A stretch of DNA of 64,000 nt from the IMG/VR virus record IMGVR_UViG_3300033170_000307, one strand, 5' to 3'. Position 1 is the stretch's first letter. Each line of letters begins with the position of its first letter. This DNA comes from an uncultured virus (IMG/VR IMGVR_UViG_3300033170_000307). Lineage: Duplodnaviria > Heunggongvirae > Uroviricota > Caudoviricetes. The notes under the pieces are model-generated. The model had not been told where the DNA came from and searched no databases. It saw only the letters and a program-made list of their open reading frames with translations. Positions 1-9,668 of this stretch are shown here, one piece after another. Both the position numbers and the translations under genes were made by a program.

Positions 1-536
1 AAGTCTACACCGACAACCTCGCCGGTTGCGGTGTAGACGGGGGCGGGGGACTCTACAACGACGTGGAGCCAGAACTGGTTGCGACGGTAGACGAGTTCGG
101 CCGAGGTGGGCTTCCAGGTCTGGAGCCTGGTGAAGCCGGCGTCGAATGTGACGCGCTGACGGCCGGCGACCGTGGCGAGAGTGGCCCAGCCTTCGGTGAG
201 GGAAATGGTGTAGGAACGGGCGTCGTAGCGTACCGACTGAAGACGGGAGAGCGGGCAGGATGCTTTCTTGCCCTTGGCGAGACGGGCGCGGACTGACTTG
301 AGTGACTCTGTCGCTTTGACGCGAGAAGAGCAGACAAGTTGGGAGGGAAGCTCGGGGTACTGGGCGCGAAGGGTAGCATAGGTGCCCTTATGTAGCTCCA
401 CTCCATTTACCGTATGGTTGTCCCAACCGAACCGAGTGGCCGCGTTGAAGCAAGCCGTATACAGAGCCATCGTGACGCCGATGGCTCTGCCTTGTTCGGG
501 GGAAACTACCAATTGGATGTAGAGAGTGCGTTGCAT
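1..536 (-). CDS. tnpB: TnpB (IS200/IS605 RNA-guided nuclease), N-terminal part, cut by window edge
   Basis: Not in the ORF track. Manual translation from ATG 536 gives MQRTLYIQLVVSPEQ...ELHKGTYATLRAQYPELPSQLVCSSRVKA...VRYDARSY...FWLHVVVE...GEVVGVD, a typical TnpB N-terminus running up to the RuvC-I Asp. Confidence 0.85.
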   Translation of the reverse strand, partial: MQRTLYIQLVVSPEQGRAIGVTMALYTACFNAATRFGWDNHTVNGVELHKGTYATLRAQYPELPSQLVCSSRVKATESLKSVRARLAKGKKASCPLSRLQSVRYDARSYTISLTEGWATLATVAGRQRVTFDAGFTRLQTWKPTSAELVYRRNQFWLHVVVESPAPVYTATGEVVGVD

Positions 537-595
537 TGGAAGTTCATATATGAGACTATGTTCTACTTGCTCGCATAGAAGTATTCCGCGCTTCT

Positions 596-3500
596 CTAAC
601 TTGCGCCGGCGTCAGACTGCACTATTTTGCGAATGAAGAACGCCGTCCCGTCATCACTCACGTCTCCCTGTAGCACCACTGCTGCCTGAGGACCTATTTC
701 GTCCGATAGCTGCTGGATGACTTCTTCTTTGAACGCCAGGCATCGCATGATGGCCGTCCCGTCGTTCAACTGCAGGTAGGCATAGTCGTTCTTCCTGCCA
801 GAGCGCTTACCGATTTCGAGGATGCGCCCGCAGACTTTGACGCCCTTGGCTTGCGGTTCGAGCTGGGACAGGGGCGCGGTACCCTTTCCTATGCGCTCAC
901 GCAAACTGATGTCCTGCGCCATGCGACGCGGCGAGCAGCGCAACAACTCCTGCTCCTTGTCGGCCAGCAGGTCCTCGTCATCGGGGCGCAGTTCCGCGTC
1001 CGCCAACAGAGACTCCCACGTCACCAAAGCCTCCACTGAGGTGCGGCCGGCTTTCGCCATGCCCATGAGTTGGTCAACCTTGTCGGCCAGGAAAGCCCGC
1101 GAAGGGCAGAAGGCGTCGAACGCCCCAGCCCAGACCAGAGCATCCAACTGGCGCCGGTTCATGCCGTGGTCTTTCAGGCGCCGGCAGAAGTCTAGTGGGT
1201 CTTGGTACGGGTACACCCCGTTCTCCGGCTCGGGCCCGCGCCATCCTCGGGGGCGGACCAGGCGGGCCGCCACTATGGCCTTGGCGACGGCGCCGATGTG
1301 GGAAATCTGAGAGAAACCGAACCGCACAGCGCCGTCGCTTGGAGTGAAGCTCTCGCTGGCCTCGTTGATGTCGGGAGGCAGCAAGCGCAGACCCAGGCGC
1401 GAGACTTCCTCGATGTATCTGGTGAAGAACTCCTCTTTGTCCTGGGAGGTCAGAGCGGCTGCCATGTACTCCGCAGGGTAGTGGGTCTTCAGGTACAGCA
1501 TGCGGGCGGAAATCGCGCCATACGCCACAGCATGCGCTTTGTTGAACGCGTAGCCGCCGAACTTGGCTATCTTCGCCCAGACGGCTTCAGCGTGAGCTTC
1601 GGAGTACCCACGCTCGATTATCTTGGGCACGACCCTGAGTTTGGCCGCCTCGATGAGGTCCTGCTTCTTCTTGGCCATCCCTCGGCGGAAGTCGTCGGCT
1701 TCGGTGAAGTCGAATCCCAGCGCCTGCAGGGCTTGGATGACCTGCTCCTGGTAGACCATGATGCCGTAAGTCTCGGCCAGCACCGACTCCCATTCGCGCA
1801 GGTCGTAGGTTATCTGCGACGGGTCGTTCTTGCAGATGGCGTACTCTTCCATGTACTCCATGGGGCCCGGACGGTTGAGCGCCAGAACGACAGCCAAGTC
1901 CAACAGCGAGTTGGGCTTAATCTTCTTCAGTGGCTCCTGGGCCGTGCGCTTCTCAAGCTGGAAGATGGCGGTAGTGCGACCGCGCCCGGCCATTTCGTAG
2001 GCGGCGGGGTCTTCGACTGGGATAGAGTACCAGTCGAGCTCCACCCCATGCCGCTTCTTGACCAGGCTGATGATGTCGCGCGCCATGCCGAGGGTCCTGA
2101 CGTTGAGAACGTCAATCTTCAGCAGACCCATCTTGTCTACTGCGCCCATGTCCCACTGGAAGACTTCCAGGTTGCTATCGCGCTTGGTGAGCTGGGTGGG
2201 AGAGAGGTAGCGCACCGGGCCGGGGGCGATAACCACGCCGGCCGCATGGGCACCTACCTGACGGATGACCCCTTTGGTCTTGGTCTTCTCGTCGGCAGAA
2301 ATCAGCTTGGCCTGCTGCACCACCGCTGCGAGGTCCGGGTTCTGAGCGATGACCCCGAGCGCCTCCTTGTTCTTGTCGGAGGGCGGGGCGCCTTCGCTCA
2401 CATCCAGTTCATCGAAGTCCTCGATGGCCGAAGTGAGCTTGTTGAGCTCGTCGTAGCTGACCCCCATCATGGAGCCCACGTCTTTGACCGCGCTGCTACC
2501 CACCAACCGCTGGAAGGTCAGGATGCGCGCCACGTGGTCAACACCATACGTCCGCTGCAGATAGGCGAACACACGCTCCCGGTCGTCCGGGTCGTAGTCC
2601 ACATCAATGTCTGGCATGCTGGCGCGCCGGGCGTCCAGGAACCGCTCGAAGAACAAGCCGGAGGCTATGGGGTCAAGGTCGGTGATACCCAGCAGGAAGG
2701 AGCACAGGGACCCTGACGCCGAGCCTCGGCCGGGGCCCCGCAGGATGCCGTTTTCCGCGCAGTAATCGGTCATCGCGGCCACAATGAGCATATAGCCGGC
2801 CAGGCCGGTCTCTTTGAAGACCTCGATTTCCCGCAGTAGACGTTCGTGGTAGATGGGCCGCTGCTCCTCGGTGAGGTAGCCCATCCTCTTCTGCCACCCC
2901 TGCTTGATGGCCTCAATGAATGCGCCCCACTCCGTCTGTCCCTCAGCCAGAGGCAGCTTCGGCAGGCGCTGCAGCACTTTGTCCAGCAGCACGTGGCCCT
3001 CTCGGTCAATGGCCAGGTCCAAGGCGTACTCCGCCCAGCCGGCCACCATCACCGTGTTGTCCACCGCTTCCTCTGGGAGCAGTGTGCGCATTTCCTGCTC
3101 ACCCATGAGGTACTGGTGCTGGGGCATGGCATTGCCCTCTTCGTCCTTGCCCTTCATGCGGATGCGACGTATCAACTCCGCCTTGCGCCAGTCCTCGGGG
3201 GCGGCGAAGTGGGAGTCGTTGGTCGCAACAGTCTTGATGCCCCACTTGGCCGAGGCGTCGAGCAGGAACGTGATGGCCTCGCGAGAATGGGCGTAGTCGC
3301 CAGTGAAGAGCTCGAAGAGGAAGCGCTCGCCGTAGGCCGACTGCAGAGCGCTGGTGATTTCCTGGAATTGAGCCATCCGGTCGCGGCCGCCGTGGACGGT
3401 CTGCTCGTAGGTCTGGGCCGGGTACCCGAACCAGCAGCCAGAGAGCAGCGCCAAACCCTCCTGTCGTTCCAGAAGCGACTGCAGAGGGATGCGGGGGCTG

Positions 3501-3859
3501 TAGAAGAAGTTCTTGGGGCGGTAGCTTTCCGTCACCAAGTCGCAGAGGTTGCGGTACCCCTGCTCCGTCAGCGCCAGAGCAGTGATGTGCCAGCCCCGCA
3601 CCTTCTCGGAGATGTCGGGCACGAACCGCAGTTCGCAACCAACGATGGGCTTGACATCCTTCGCCAAGGCGCTCTCGCAGATGTCAACCGCGCCGTACAG
3701 ACCGTCATGGTCCGTGAGAGCCAGGGCCGTCTGCCCGAGCACCCCGACGCGCTTCACCAACTCTTTGCACGTACTTACGCCGTCCATCGCGCTGTACTCG
3801 GAATGGACGTGCAGGTTCACAAACCCGTGATTCGGCGAACTACTCATGACCGTTCTCAC
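596..3859 (-). CDS. dnaE: DNA polymerase III alpha subunit (family C)
   Basis: PHP motifs HVHSEYS, TDH, TNDSH; GPGRGSASGS; catalytic PDIDVD; YAFNKAHAVAY; C-terminal OB fold. Confidence 0.97.
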   Translation of the reverse strand: MRTVMSSSPNHGFVNLHVHSEYSAMDGVSTCKELVKRVGVLGQTALALTDHDGLYGAVDICESALAKDVKPIVGCELRFVPDISEKVRGWHITALALTEQGYRNLCDLVTESYRPKNFFYSPRIPLQSLLERQEGLALLSGCWFGYPAQTYEQTVHGGRDRMAQFQEITSALQSAYGERFLFELFTGDYAHSREAITFLLDASAKWGIKTVATNDSHFAAPEDWRKAELIRRIRMKGKDEEGNAMPQHQYLMGEQEMRTLLPEEAVDNTVMVAGWAEYALDLAIDREGHVLLDKVLQRLPKLPLAEGQTEWGAFIEAIKQGWQKRMGYLTEEQRPIYHERLLREIEVFKETGLAGYMLIVAAMTDYCAENGILRGPGRGSASGSLCSFLLGITDLDPIASGLFFERFLDARRASMPDIDVDYDPDDRERVFAYLQRTYGVDHVARILTFQRLVGSSAVKDVGSMMGVSYDELNKLTSAIEDFDELDVSEGAPPSDKNKEALGVIAQNPDLAAVVQQAKLISADEKTKTKGVIRQVGAHAAGVVIAPGPVRYLSPTQLTKRDSNLEVFQWDMGAVDKMGLLKIDVLNVRTLGMARDIISLVKKRHGVELDWYSIPVEDPAAYEMAGRGRTTAIFQLEKRTAQEPLKKIKPNSLLDLAVVLALNRPGPMEYMEEYAICKNDPSQITYDLREWESVLAETYGIMVYQEQVIQALQALGFDFTEADDFRRGMAKKKQDLIEAAKLRVVPKIIERGYSEAHAEAVWAKIAKFGGYAFNKAHAVAYGAISARMLYLKTHYPAEYMAAALTSQDKEEFFTRYIEEVSRLGLRLLPPDINEASESFTPSDGAVRFGFSQISHIGAVAKAIVAARLVRPRGWRGPEPENGVYPYQDPLDFCRRLKDHGMNRRQLDALVWAGAFDAFCPSRAFLADKVDQLMGMAKAGRTSVEALVTWESLLADAELRPDDEDLLADKEQELLRCSPRRMAQDISLRERIGKGTAPLSQLEPQAKGVKVCGRILEIGKRSGRKNDYAYLQLNDGTAIMRCLAFKEEVIQQLSDEIGPQAAVVLQGDVSDDGTAFFIRKIVQSDAGAS

Positions 3860-5004
3860 CCAGAAGGTTTTTGGCTGGTTTTGTCAACTACCCTGTTGCA
3901 ATCCTTAGGGCTCGCAGCTAGCGATATGACTGCTGCCGCGTTCGGCTGATTGACTGCAGCCCTGCGGCCGATTTCGACCGCAGCGAAGTGGTCGGCCGGC
4001 CCAGCGAGACCGCACGACACACAGAGGAATTGGTCGCGAGTAGGACGGTTCGCCTTCGCGACATGACCGCACCAAGGACATGTTCGACTGGTATTCCTGG
4101 GGTCTACTTTGACAAACGGCACACCAGCCAAAGCAGCCTTGTACTCGACAAACGAGGCCAACTGGTAGAAGCCCCAAGAATGTAGCGCGCGACGCTGTGC
4201 CTTGCGAACCGTTACCCGCTCGCGGATTCCCGTCAGGTCTTCTACGGAAATGCCACGCTCGGTGCCTTTGGCTTTCGCGACTAGCTTCTTGGAGATTCTG
4301 TGATTTACGTCTCGGGCGAAGCGGTTTTCCCGTCCGCTCTGTTGACGGAGACGACGACGGGCGCTCTTCGTGCCCTTGCCCTGGAGTTTGGACCGAAGGG
4401 CATTGTGCCGGGCACGGAGGCCGTTGACCTCGGCACCACTGAAGTTCTCTCCGTCGCTGTCGGTGGCTATGTTGACCATGCCGAGGTCTACGCCGAGCCA
4501 GTCCTTAGTCTCACCAGGAGGAGGTTCGGGAAGCTCAACCACGACACACAGGTAGAACGTGCCGCGCTGGTAGAGCAGGTCGGCCTGGCCGCGCATGCCG
4601 TAGGCTGTGATTCGGTCGTGGGCGTAACCGTGGACTACGATTGGAATCTTGAGCCGGCCGGAGAGGGAGAGTATGGACACGGTGTCCAGACCCTTGAACG
4701 AGAGGACCCGCTGGTCGTAGATGGCTGCCCCATGCGGCCGGAAGGTTGGTCGGGTTGACTTGTCCCGCTTGTAGGCTTCGCAAACCTTAGCGATTGCGCG
4801 AACGGCCAGTTGGGCCGGGAGCATGAAGCGCTCTCGGGTCTCATGGTAGGCCAGCTTCTGCAGCTTCAGCTTGTTCGCGGTATGGTTGTCGAATGCCACT
4901 TCTGCCAGGTAGTTACAGGCGGCATTGAAGACCTCCAGAGTAGTGAGTAGGGCCTGGTGCTGGTCCGGGCTTGTGAGCAGCTTCAGCTTGAGTGTAGTCT
5001 TCAT
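3856..5004 (-). CDS. tnpB: TnpB nuclease
   Basis: MKTTLKLKL start; RuvC motifs GVDLG, VEDL, ADHFAA; zinc ribbon CPWC/CVSC. The ORF reads through the element right end and overlaps the dnaE ORF start. Confidence 0.95.
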   Translation of the reverse strand: MKTTLKLKLLTSPDQHQALLTTLEVFNAACNYLAEVAFDNHTANKLKLQKLAYHETRERFMLPAQLAVRAIAKVCEAYKRDKSTRPTFRPHGAAIYDQRVLSFKGLDTVSILSLSGRLKIPIVVHGYAHDRITAYGMRGQADLLYQRGTFYLCVVVELPEPPPGETKDWLGVDLGMVNIATDSDGENFSGAEVNGLRARHNALRSKLQGKGTKSARRRLRQQSGRENRFARDVNHRISKKLVAKAKGTERGISVEDLTGIRERVTVRKAQRRALHSWGFYQLASFVEYKAALAGVPFVKVDPRNTSRTCPWCGHVAKANRPTRDQFLCVSCGLAGPADHFAAVEIGRRAAVNQPNAAAVISLAASPKDCNRVVDKTSQKPSG

Positions 5005-5049
5005 CACCATGAAGTATTCCATGCTGTGACATACATTGACGAAAAAAGG
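3883..5049 (-). mobile_element. tnpB-only (IS1341-like) element, 1167 bp
   Basis: Left end CCTTTTTTCGTCAATG follows CATAA; right end ...GTAGTTGAC. Both ends are shared with the 37211-38378 element and the 9361-9668 mini element. Confidence 0.8.
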
Positions 5050-5059
5050 TTATGCCCAT

Positions 5060-5902
5060 CTACACCGCCCCGCGCGCAGAATCCATGTGCAACACGTGGA
5101 GGTCCATATCAACGAAGATGGGGAAACCGGCTTCTTGCAGAAGCGATGAAGCCAGCATATCATCACTCGTGAGATTCTGCAAGTGGAAAATGACCTTCTT
5201 GGCTGCTTCTGCACTCCAGAGCGTTGCCGCCAACCCGACGCCATCAACCTCCTGAAGGCCGGTGCTGTCTTCAGGAATGAAGCGCTGGGTCAGTTGCAGC
5301 AAGTCGGTTTTGCCGCGCAGCCAAGTTACACCGGGCTTGCCACCCAGTTCTTCAAGTGTCAGGTTGATGGGGCCCCGCCCCTGGTTGCGGCCGGCCAACA
5401 ACAGTGCGGGGTCGTACCGCCAAGCACAAACGGTGGGGATGTCGGCCCGGCGCATGAAGCACTTCGCCGACACCACATCCTTGTTGTGGGCCATCAGGCG
5501 GGATACCGTATCGGGGGGAGGCACCATGTCGGCGTCCAACCAGAAGATGCGCTCGGGCTTGACCATGAGAGCACCGCGCAGGAGAGCTTCACGCGCCTCC
5601 GCGATAGCCAACAGAGCAGCTATGGCCCCAGGGTCGTCCAGGACGTTGCCGTTCCGTTCCCGCAGCAGGGTAGTCTCCGACGCGTAGTCCTTGTCGTTGA
5701 ACACCATGGCGAAGGGGATGTCCCGGCGCAGGAGCTCCAACCGTAGATGCTCAGCGAAGGCCGGCTTGGACCTGTTCACATGGAAGAAGAAGCAGTGGTC
5801 GTGCGGCAGGGTGAGCTTCAGGATGGAATCGAGAAGCGAAGGGAGCGCGTAGGTCTTGTGCTCCGCTATGGGCACCAAGATGACGAGGCGGCCGGGTACC
5901 AT
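5060..5902 (-). CDS. GT-A fold (family 2-like) glycosyltransferase
   Basis: FWLDADMVPPPD DxD motif, DVVSA, EVDGVGLAATL. Start placed at ATG 5902, overlapping the upstream stop. Confidence 0.7.
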   Translation of the reverse strand: MVPGRLVILVPIAEHKTYALPSLLDSILKLTLPHDHCFFFHVNRSKPAFAEHLRLELLRRDIPFAMVFNDKDYASETTLLRERNGNVLDDPGAIAALLAIAEAREALLRGALMVKPERIFWLDADMVPPPDTVSRLMAHNKDVVSAKCFMRRADIPTVCAWRYDPALLLAGRNQGRGPINLTLEELGGKPGVTWLRGKTDLLQLTQRFIPEDSTGLQEVDGVGLAATLWSAEAAKKVIFHLQNLTSDDMLASSLLQEAGFPIFVDMDLHVLHMDSARGAV

Positions 5903-6951
5903 CAGAGCAAGCCCTCCATCCAGGCGTTGAGAACCTTGGCGCGGTGCGCCCACATGTGGTGTTCGCGCACCCAGTTGGAAGCCTCGCGAGCTTCCTCATC
6001 GGAGAACGGGGCAGCGGTGATGGCCGCGTACAGGAACGCGTTGATGTCGTCGGTGTAGACGCCGAAGGGCATTTCCGCGACCTGGCTCAGGTGCATGGTG
6101 ACCGGGCGAACGCCGGCCAGCAGGTACTCCCACCACTTGATGGGGGAGACCTTCTCGGTCAACGGGATGTCGAGGAACGGGAGCAAACCCACCTTGCGCC
6201 GGTCATTGTACTTGCCGTCGCCGGAGGCGAGCGCGAAGCTCAGGTTGACATGGTTCACCCAACCCACCAGCCAGCCCGAGGCGCCGTACTGCACCGGCGA
6301 CATCCCGTCCTCCATGATGCGCTGGCCCGGAGGCTTGCCGTAGAAGGCGCTCGGGCGCGCCTCTCCCACATGGCGCATGGCGTCCATGTCTATGTAGCGG
6401 GGGTCCATGCTCCCCACGTACACGGCCGAGCTGGCCAGAGCCACACTGCGGCCGCGCGAGCCCTTGAGTTGTGTCTGGGGCCACAGTGGCGCGTCGCTGG
6501 CGGCGTTCGGCAGCAGCAGCTTGGGGCGGTCATAGGAATCGAAGAGCGAGTCGCGGTAGGTCGAGACCAGGCCATCGCTGGCCACAATGATGGCGGTCTC
6601 TTGCTGGGGGCGGTACCAGGTCTCGTTGCCGGGGAAGTCCTTCCAGCTCTCGAAGCGGTCGTACACCAGTTTAGCCCCGCGCTTCTGCGCTTCCAACAAT
6701 GCGGGTAGCGCCGCTGCCACTGGCTGGGCGATGATGATGACCGTGGGGCCCTGACGCAAGATGGTGTCGAGAGCCTCCTTGACCTTCTCCCCGGTGTAGA
6801 CGGCGCCGGCGCCGGGCACGTAGATGTGCGTCTCCACAACGTGCGTCTCGACGCCGGGCAGCTCGCTTAGGCGCCCCAGCATCTGCGGGATACGCTGCCC
6901 CTCCCCGAGCAGATGGATGGGTACGCTGGTCAATACGGCTGCCTGTCTCAT
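5902..6951 (-). CDS. GT-B fold (family 4-like) glycosyltransferase
   Basis: LVYDRFE, LLPNA, VYVGSM and VSPIKWWEYLLAGVRPVT motifs. Confidence 0.75.
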   Translation of the reverse strand: MRQAAVLTSVPIHLLGEGQRIPQMLGRLSELPGVETHVVETHIYVPGAGAVYTGEKVKEALDTILRQGPTVIIIAQPVAAALPALLEAQKRGAKLVYDRFESWKDFPGNETWYRPQQETAIIVASDGLVSTYRDSLFDSYDRPKLLLPNAASDAPLWPQTQLKGSRGRSVALASSAVYVGSMDPRYIDMDAMRHVGEARPSAFYGKPPGQRIMEDGMSPVQYGASGWLVGWVNHVNLSFALASGDGKYNDRRKVGLLPFLDIPLTEKVSPIKWWEYLLAGVRPVTMHLSQVAEMPFGVYTDDINAFLYAAITAAPFSDEEAREASNWVREHHMWAHRAKVLNAWMEGLL

Positions 6952-6986
6952 GTCGCTACTCCCTGTAGCACGAAATACTTCCAGTG

Positions 6987-8171
6987 ATGCCCATAGTTTA
7001 CAGGTCTGTAAAACTCGACTGGCTCCCGCACTCTCGTTCTGAGTGGACTATCTTTACGGCTGCCCGAAGCGATTCCGGCCGCCTATGGTCTGACTTGGTG
7101 GAGCGCCATCTGCGTATCCGTCGTCGCCAACTAAAGTGGCCTTCTGAGGCGCGCTGGAGAAGGTGGGCAAAGGGGCGTTACCCCAATCTCCACAGCCAGT
7201 CAGTACAGGAAATCATCCGCGAGTTCTGCGAAGCCCTGAAGTCCACAACAGCAAAAAGAAGGGGAGGCCTGGGGTCATCCTACCCCAATCACAAACCAGA
7301 GTTCAGAGACATCCCCTACACCAATCAGGGTGCCGTGGTCAGAAATGGAAGTGTCCGTCTCCCTCACGGGGATTCTGGTTACCTATTTGTCCGTCTCCCA
7401 TTCGAACTGCCCGGCCGACTCATGGAAGCTAGACTCGCCTACGGTGCAATCATCCTAGTTTGTCAATGCGAGGAGCCCGCCATCCCGACCGGCTCCACCA
7501 TCGGCGTTGACCTCGGCATCAATACTCTCCTTGCTGCCACAGACGGAGAAAAAACCGTACTCGTCTCGGGTCGGGAAGCCAAGGCGACGGTTCAGTGGCG
7601 CGCCAAACGTCTCGCAACTCTCCGCAGCAAGCTGTCGAATTGCCACCGGGGTTCCCGTCAGTACGGCCGGCTCCAGCGCCGCAAACACAAGCTGCTAAAG
7701 AAGTCGGAGAACCGCATCAACGACATCACCCACAAAGCCACTCGGGTGGTCGTTGACACTTTCCCCGGAGCAAAGTGCTACGTCGGCGAACCGTTCAATG
7801 ACGCAGCACAGAAGATGTCTCGAAAGACTGCCCAACAAGTCTCAACCGCCTGCAACCGCAGGCTCATTACGCAACTCGACTACAAGACTGCGGGAGCAAT
7901 CACCGTAGACGAGGCGTACAGTTCCCAAACGTGTCCCGTTTGCGGAACCAGGAACAAGTGCCAGCGGACCTACCGCTGCAAGCAATGCGGTTTTGGCGCC
8001 CCACGCGACGTGGTAGGCTCTACCAACATCCGCTGCATCGGTATGCGCGGCGAGCTTGCTCCAGGCTGTGACGTGCCCAACGTCATCCGCTACAAGTATC
8101 CTGTGGCCTTGGTTGCAGGTAGTTCCGGTGGACGCCCGGCACATAGCTCGCGCAAGCAAGAAGCCGCTTAG
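6987..8171 (+). CDS. tnpB: TnpB nuclease (different subfamily from the 3856 and 37228 copies)
   Basis: LHSQSVQ, GVDLG, HKATR, YSSQTCPVCG, CKQCG, RDVVGSTNI; oriented opposite to flanking genes. Confidence 0.92.
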   Translation: MPIVYRSVKLDWLPHSRSEWTIFTAARSDSGRLWSDLVERHLRIRRRQLKWPSEARWRRWAKGRYPNLHSQSVQEIIREFCEALKSTTAKRRGGLGSSYPNHKPEFRDIPYTNQGAVVRNGSVRLPHGDSGYLFVRLPFELPGRLMEARLAYGAIILVCQCEEPAIPTGSTIGVDLGINTLLAATDGEKTVLVSGREAKATVQWRAKRLATLRSKLSNCHRGSRQYGRLQRRKHKLLKKSENRINDITHKATRVVVDTFPGAKCYVGEPFNDAAQKMSRKTAQQVSTACNRRLITQLDYKTAGAITVDEAYSSQTCPVCGTRNKCQRTYRCKQCGFGAPRDVVGSTNIRCIGMRGELAPGCDVPNVIRYKYPVALVAGSSGGRPAHSSRKQEAA

Positions 8172-8180
8172 GTGGCAGCG

Positions 8181-9374
8181 TCAGTAAGGACCGCTACTTG
8201 TCTCGACATTATGAGCTCCTCCAGATACCCGGTGCTGCACGAACCCGGTTGAAGACTTGGGGATGTAGTCCAACCCGCCTAGCTGGACGGTGTGACTACC
8301 GCAGTGGGTGAGACTGTGCCAGTCGGAACTGGACGGCTCGGGCCGGTCGCCCCGCATATCGCACAGGTACCAACCGCGCGCGAAGGCGCGGAACGCTTCG
8401 GCCGGCTGGTCGGCAGCGGCCGGGACGGAGCGGATGCCCATGGGGCTGGCCATGTTGAGCGGGAAGGCGCCGATGACTTCGGCATTGTACTCGGAGTCGA
8501 GCACAAGCTGGGCCAGGTCATCCGTCACGGCATCAGCGATGTAGGTGACCTTGCAACTGTCGCGCTCGATTGTGAACATCTGCGAGTTTTCCTGCGAGTC
8601 GGCGATGCGGCGCGGGATGTCCACCTCGTGCTGCTGGTGGTAGGCGTACTGCTTGATGAACTCGAACTTGAGGCCGCTCTTCTGGCAGCGGTACCAGAAC
8701 TCGGCGTCTTCGTAGCCCCACCCCTGGAAGTCTTCGTTCCAGCCACCGACCGCCTGGGCCCACTCGCGGGGAAGGCAGATACCACTGCCCCCGCCAAGCG
8801 ACCAGAGAGGCACTGAAGGCGGGTACTCCAGCCAGCGGCACTCTTCGAGTATGGCCACGCGCCAGTCAACGCGCATCGAGCGCCACATGTCGGGAACGTT
8901 CAACGCTTCCAATTCCTCGACAGTAAAAGGCAGGGGGGCATCAGTGGCGATGTCTTTGTGCAGGTTGGCCGTCAGCCTGGGCTCCTCGGACCCCTTGTGT
9001 GCGTAGACGTGCGCCCGCACGGTGTCGGGGAGCATGACCACATCCGCGTCACAATACAGCACCAGCTCGGATTCGAGTGCAGAGAGGCCGGCGTTGCGGG
9101 CAACGCTGGGCTGCCACTTGTCAGATGGAACGTCAATGAGGGCGTCCACTTTGCCGAGCTGGTCTTCCACGGGGTACCAGCCCTGGCAGACGACGAGGAT
9201 GCGCCCCACCAGCTTGCTCTGAGCGACTTCGTTCCACAGGGGCACAGCCTTGAGGAAGCGCTCGCGGTGGTATGCGGCGCAGGGGATTAAGATGTCAGTA
9301 CGCACAATCTTACCCTCATGATGCCGCGAGACTTCAGACGCAGTGGGGCAAGAAGCATAACCTTTTTCGCTCAT
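8181..9374 (-). CDS. Glycosyltransferase family 2 with GT7 C-terminal-like motif
   Basis: ARNAGL, YCDADVV, GGWNEDFQGWGYEDAEF. Start uncertain: ATG 9374 lies inside the mini element. Confidence 0.85.
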   Translation of the reverse strand: MSEKGYASCPTASEVSRHHEGKIVRTDILIPCAAYHRERFLKAVPLWNEVAQSKLVGRILVVCQGWYPVEDQLGKVDALIDVPSDKWQPSVARNAGLSALESELVLYCDADVVMLPDTVRAHVYAHKGSEEPRLTANLHKDIATDAPLPFTVEELEALNVPDMWRSMRVDWRVAILEECRWLEYPPSVPLWSLGGGSGICLPREWAQAVGGWNEDFQGWGYEDAEFWYRCQKSGLKFEFIKQYAYHQQHEVDIPRRIADSQENSQMFTIERDSCKVTYIADAVTDDLAQLVLDSEYNAEVIGAFPLNMASPMGIRSVPAAADQPAEAFRAFARGWYLCDMRGDRPEPSSSDWHSLTHCGSHTVQLGGLDYIPKSSTGFVQHRVSGGAHNVETSSGPY

Positions 9375-9668
9375 TTACTGTCAATGCTCCGTTATCAGTG
9401 GAATACAAGGCCGCCCTGTCTGGTGTGCCGTTTGTCAAGGAAGACCCCAGGAACACCAGCCGTACTTGTCCTGGGTGCGGCCATGTCGCGAAGGAGAGCC
9501 GTCCTACTCGCGACCAGTTTCTCTGTGTGTCGTGCGGTCTCGCTGGGCCAGCCGACCACTTCGCTGCGGTCGAAATTGGCCGCAGGGCTGCAGTCAATCA
9601 GCCATACGCGGCGGCGGTTGTTTCGCTAGCTGCGAGCTGCGGGTTTTTAGGGCCCAACAGTAGTTGAC
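9361..9668 (+). mobile_element. 308-bp internally deleted tnpB element (left end plus tnpB 3' end/omega-RNA region)
   Basis: CATAA|CCTTTTTCG...GTCAATG left end is joined to VEYKAALSGVPFVK...CPGCGH...ADHFAAVEIGRRAAVNQP coding sequence and a GTAGTTGAC right end; near-identical to the 3' ends of the 3856 and 37228 tnpBs. Confidence 0.85.

Noticed and set aside
53..406. 117-aa minus-strand ORF from the track
   Set aside because: It is an alternative frame of the tnpB that starts at 536 and runs off the window.
1202..2716. Long plus-strand ORFs antisense to genes (also 2846-3949, 11195-12244, 14051-15226, 54111-55712, 60366-61529)
   Set aside because: Shadow ORFs expected from GC-rich codon bias; the opposite strand carries the recognisable or gene-order-consistent proteins.
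3863..3882. TnpB guides retargeted to other sites in this window
   Set aside because: By eye, no second match next to CATAA was found for any predicted guide; a proper search of the whole genome and host is still needed.
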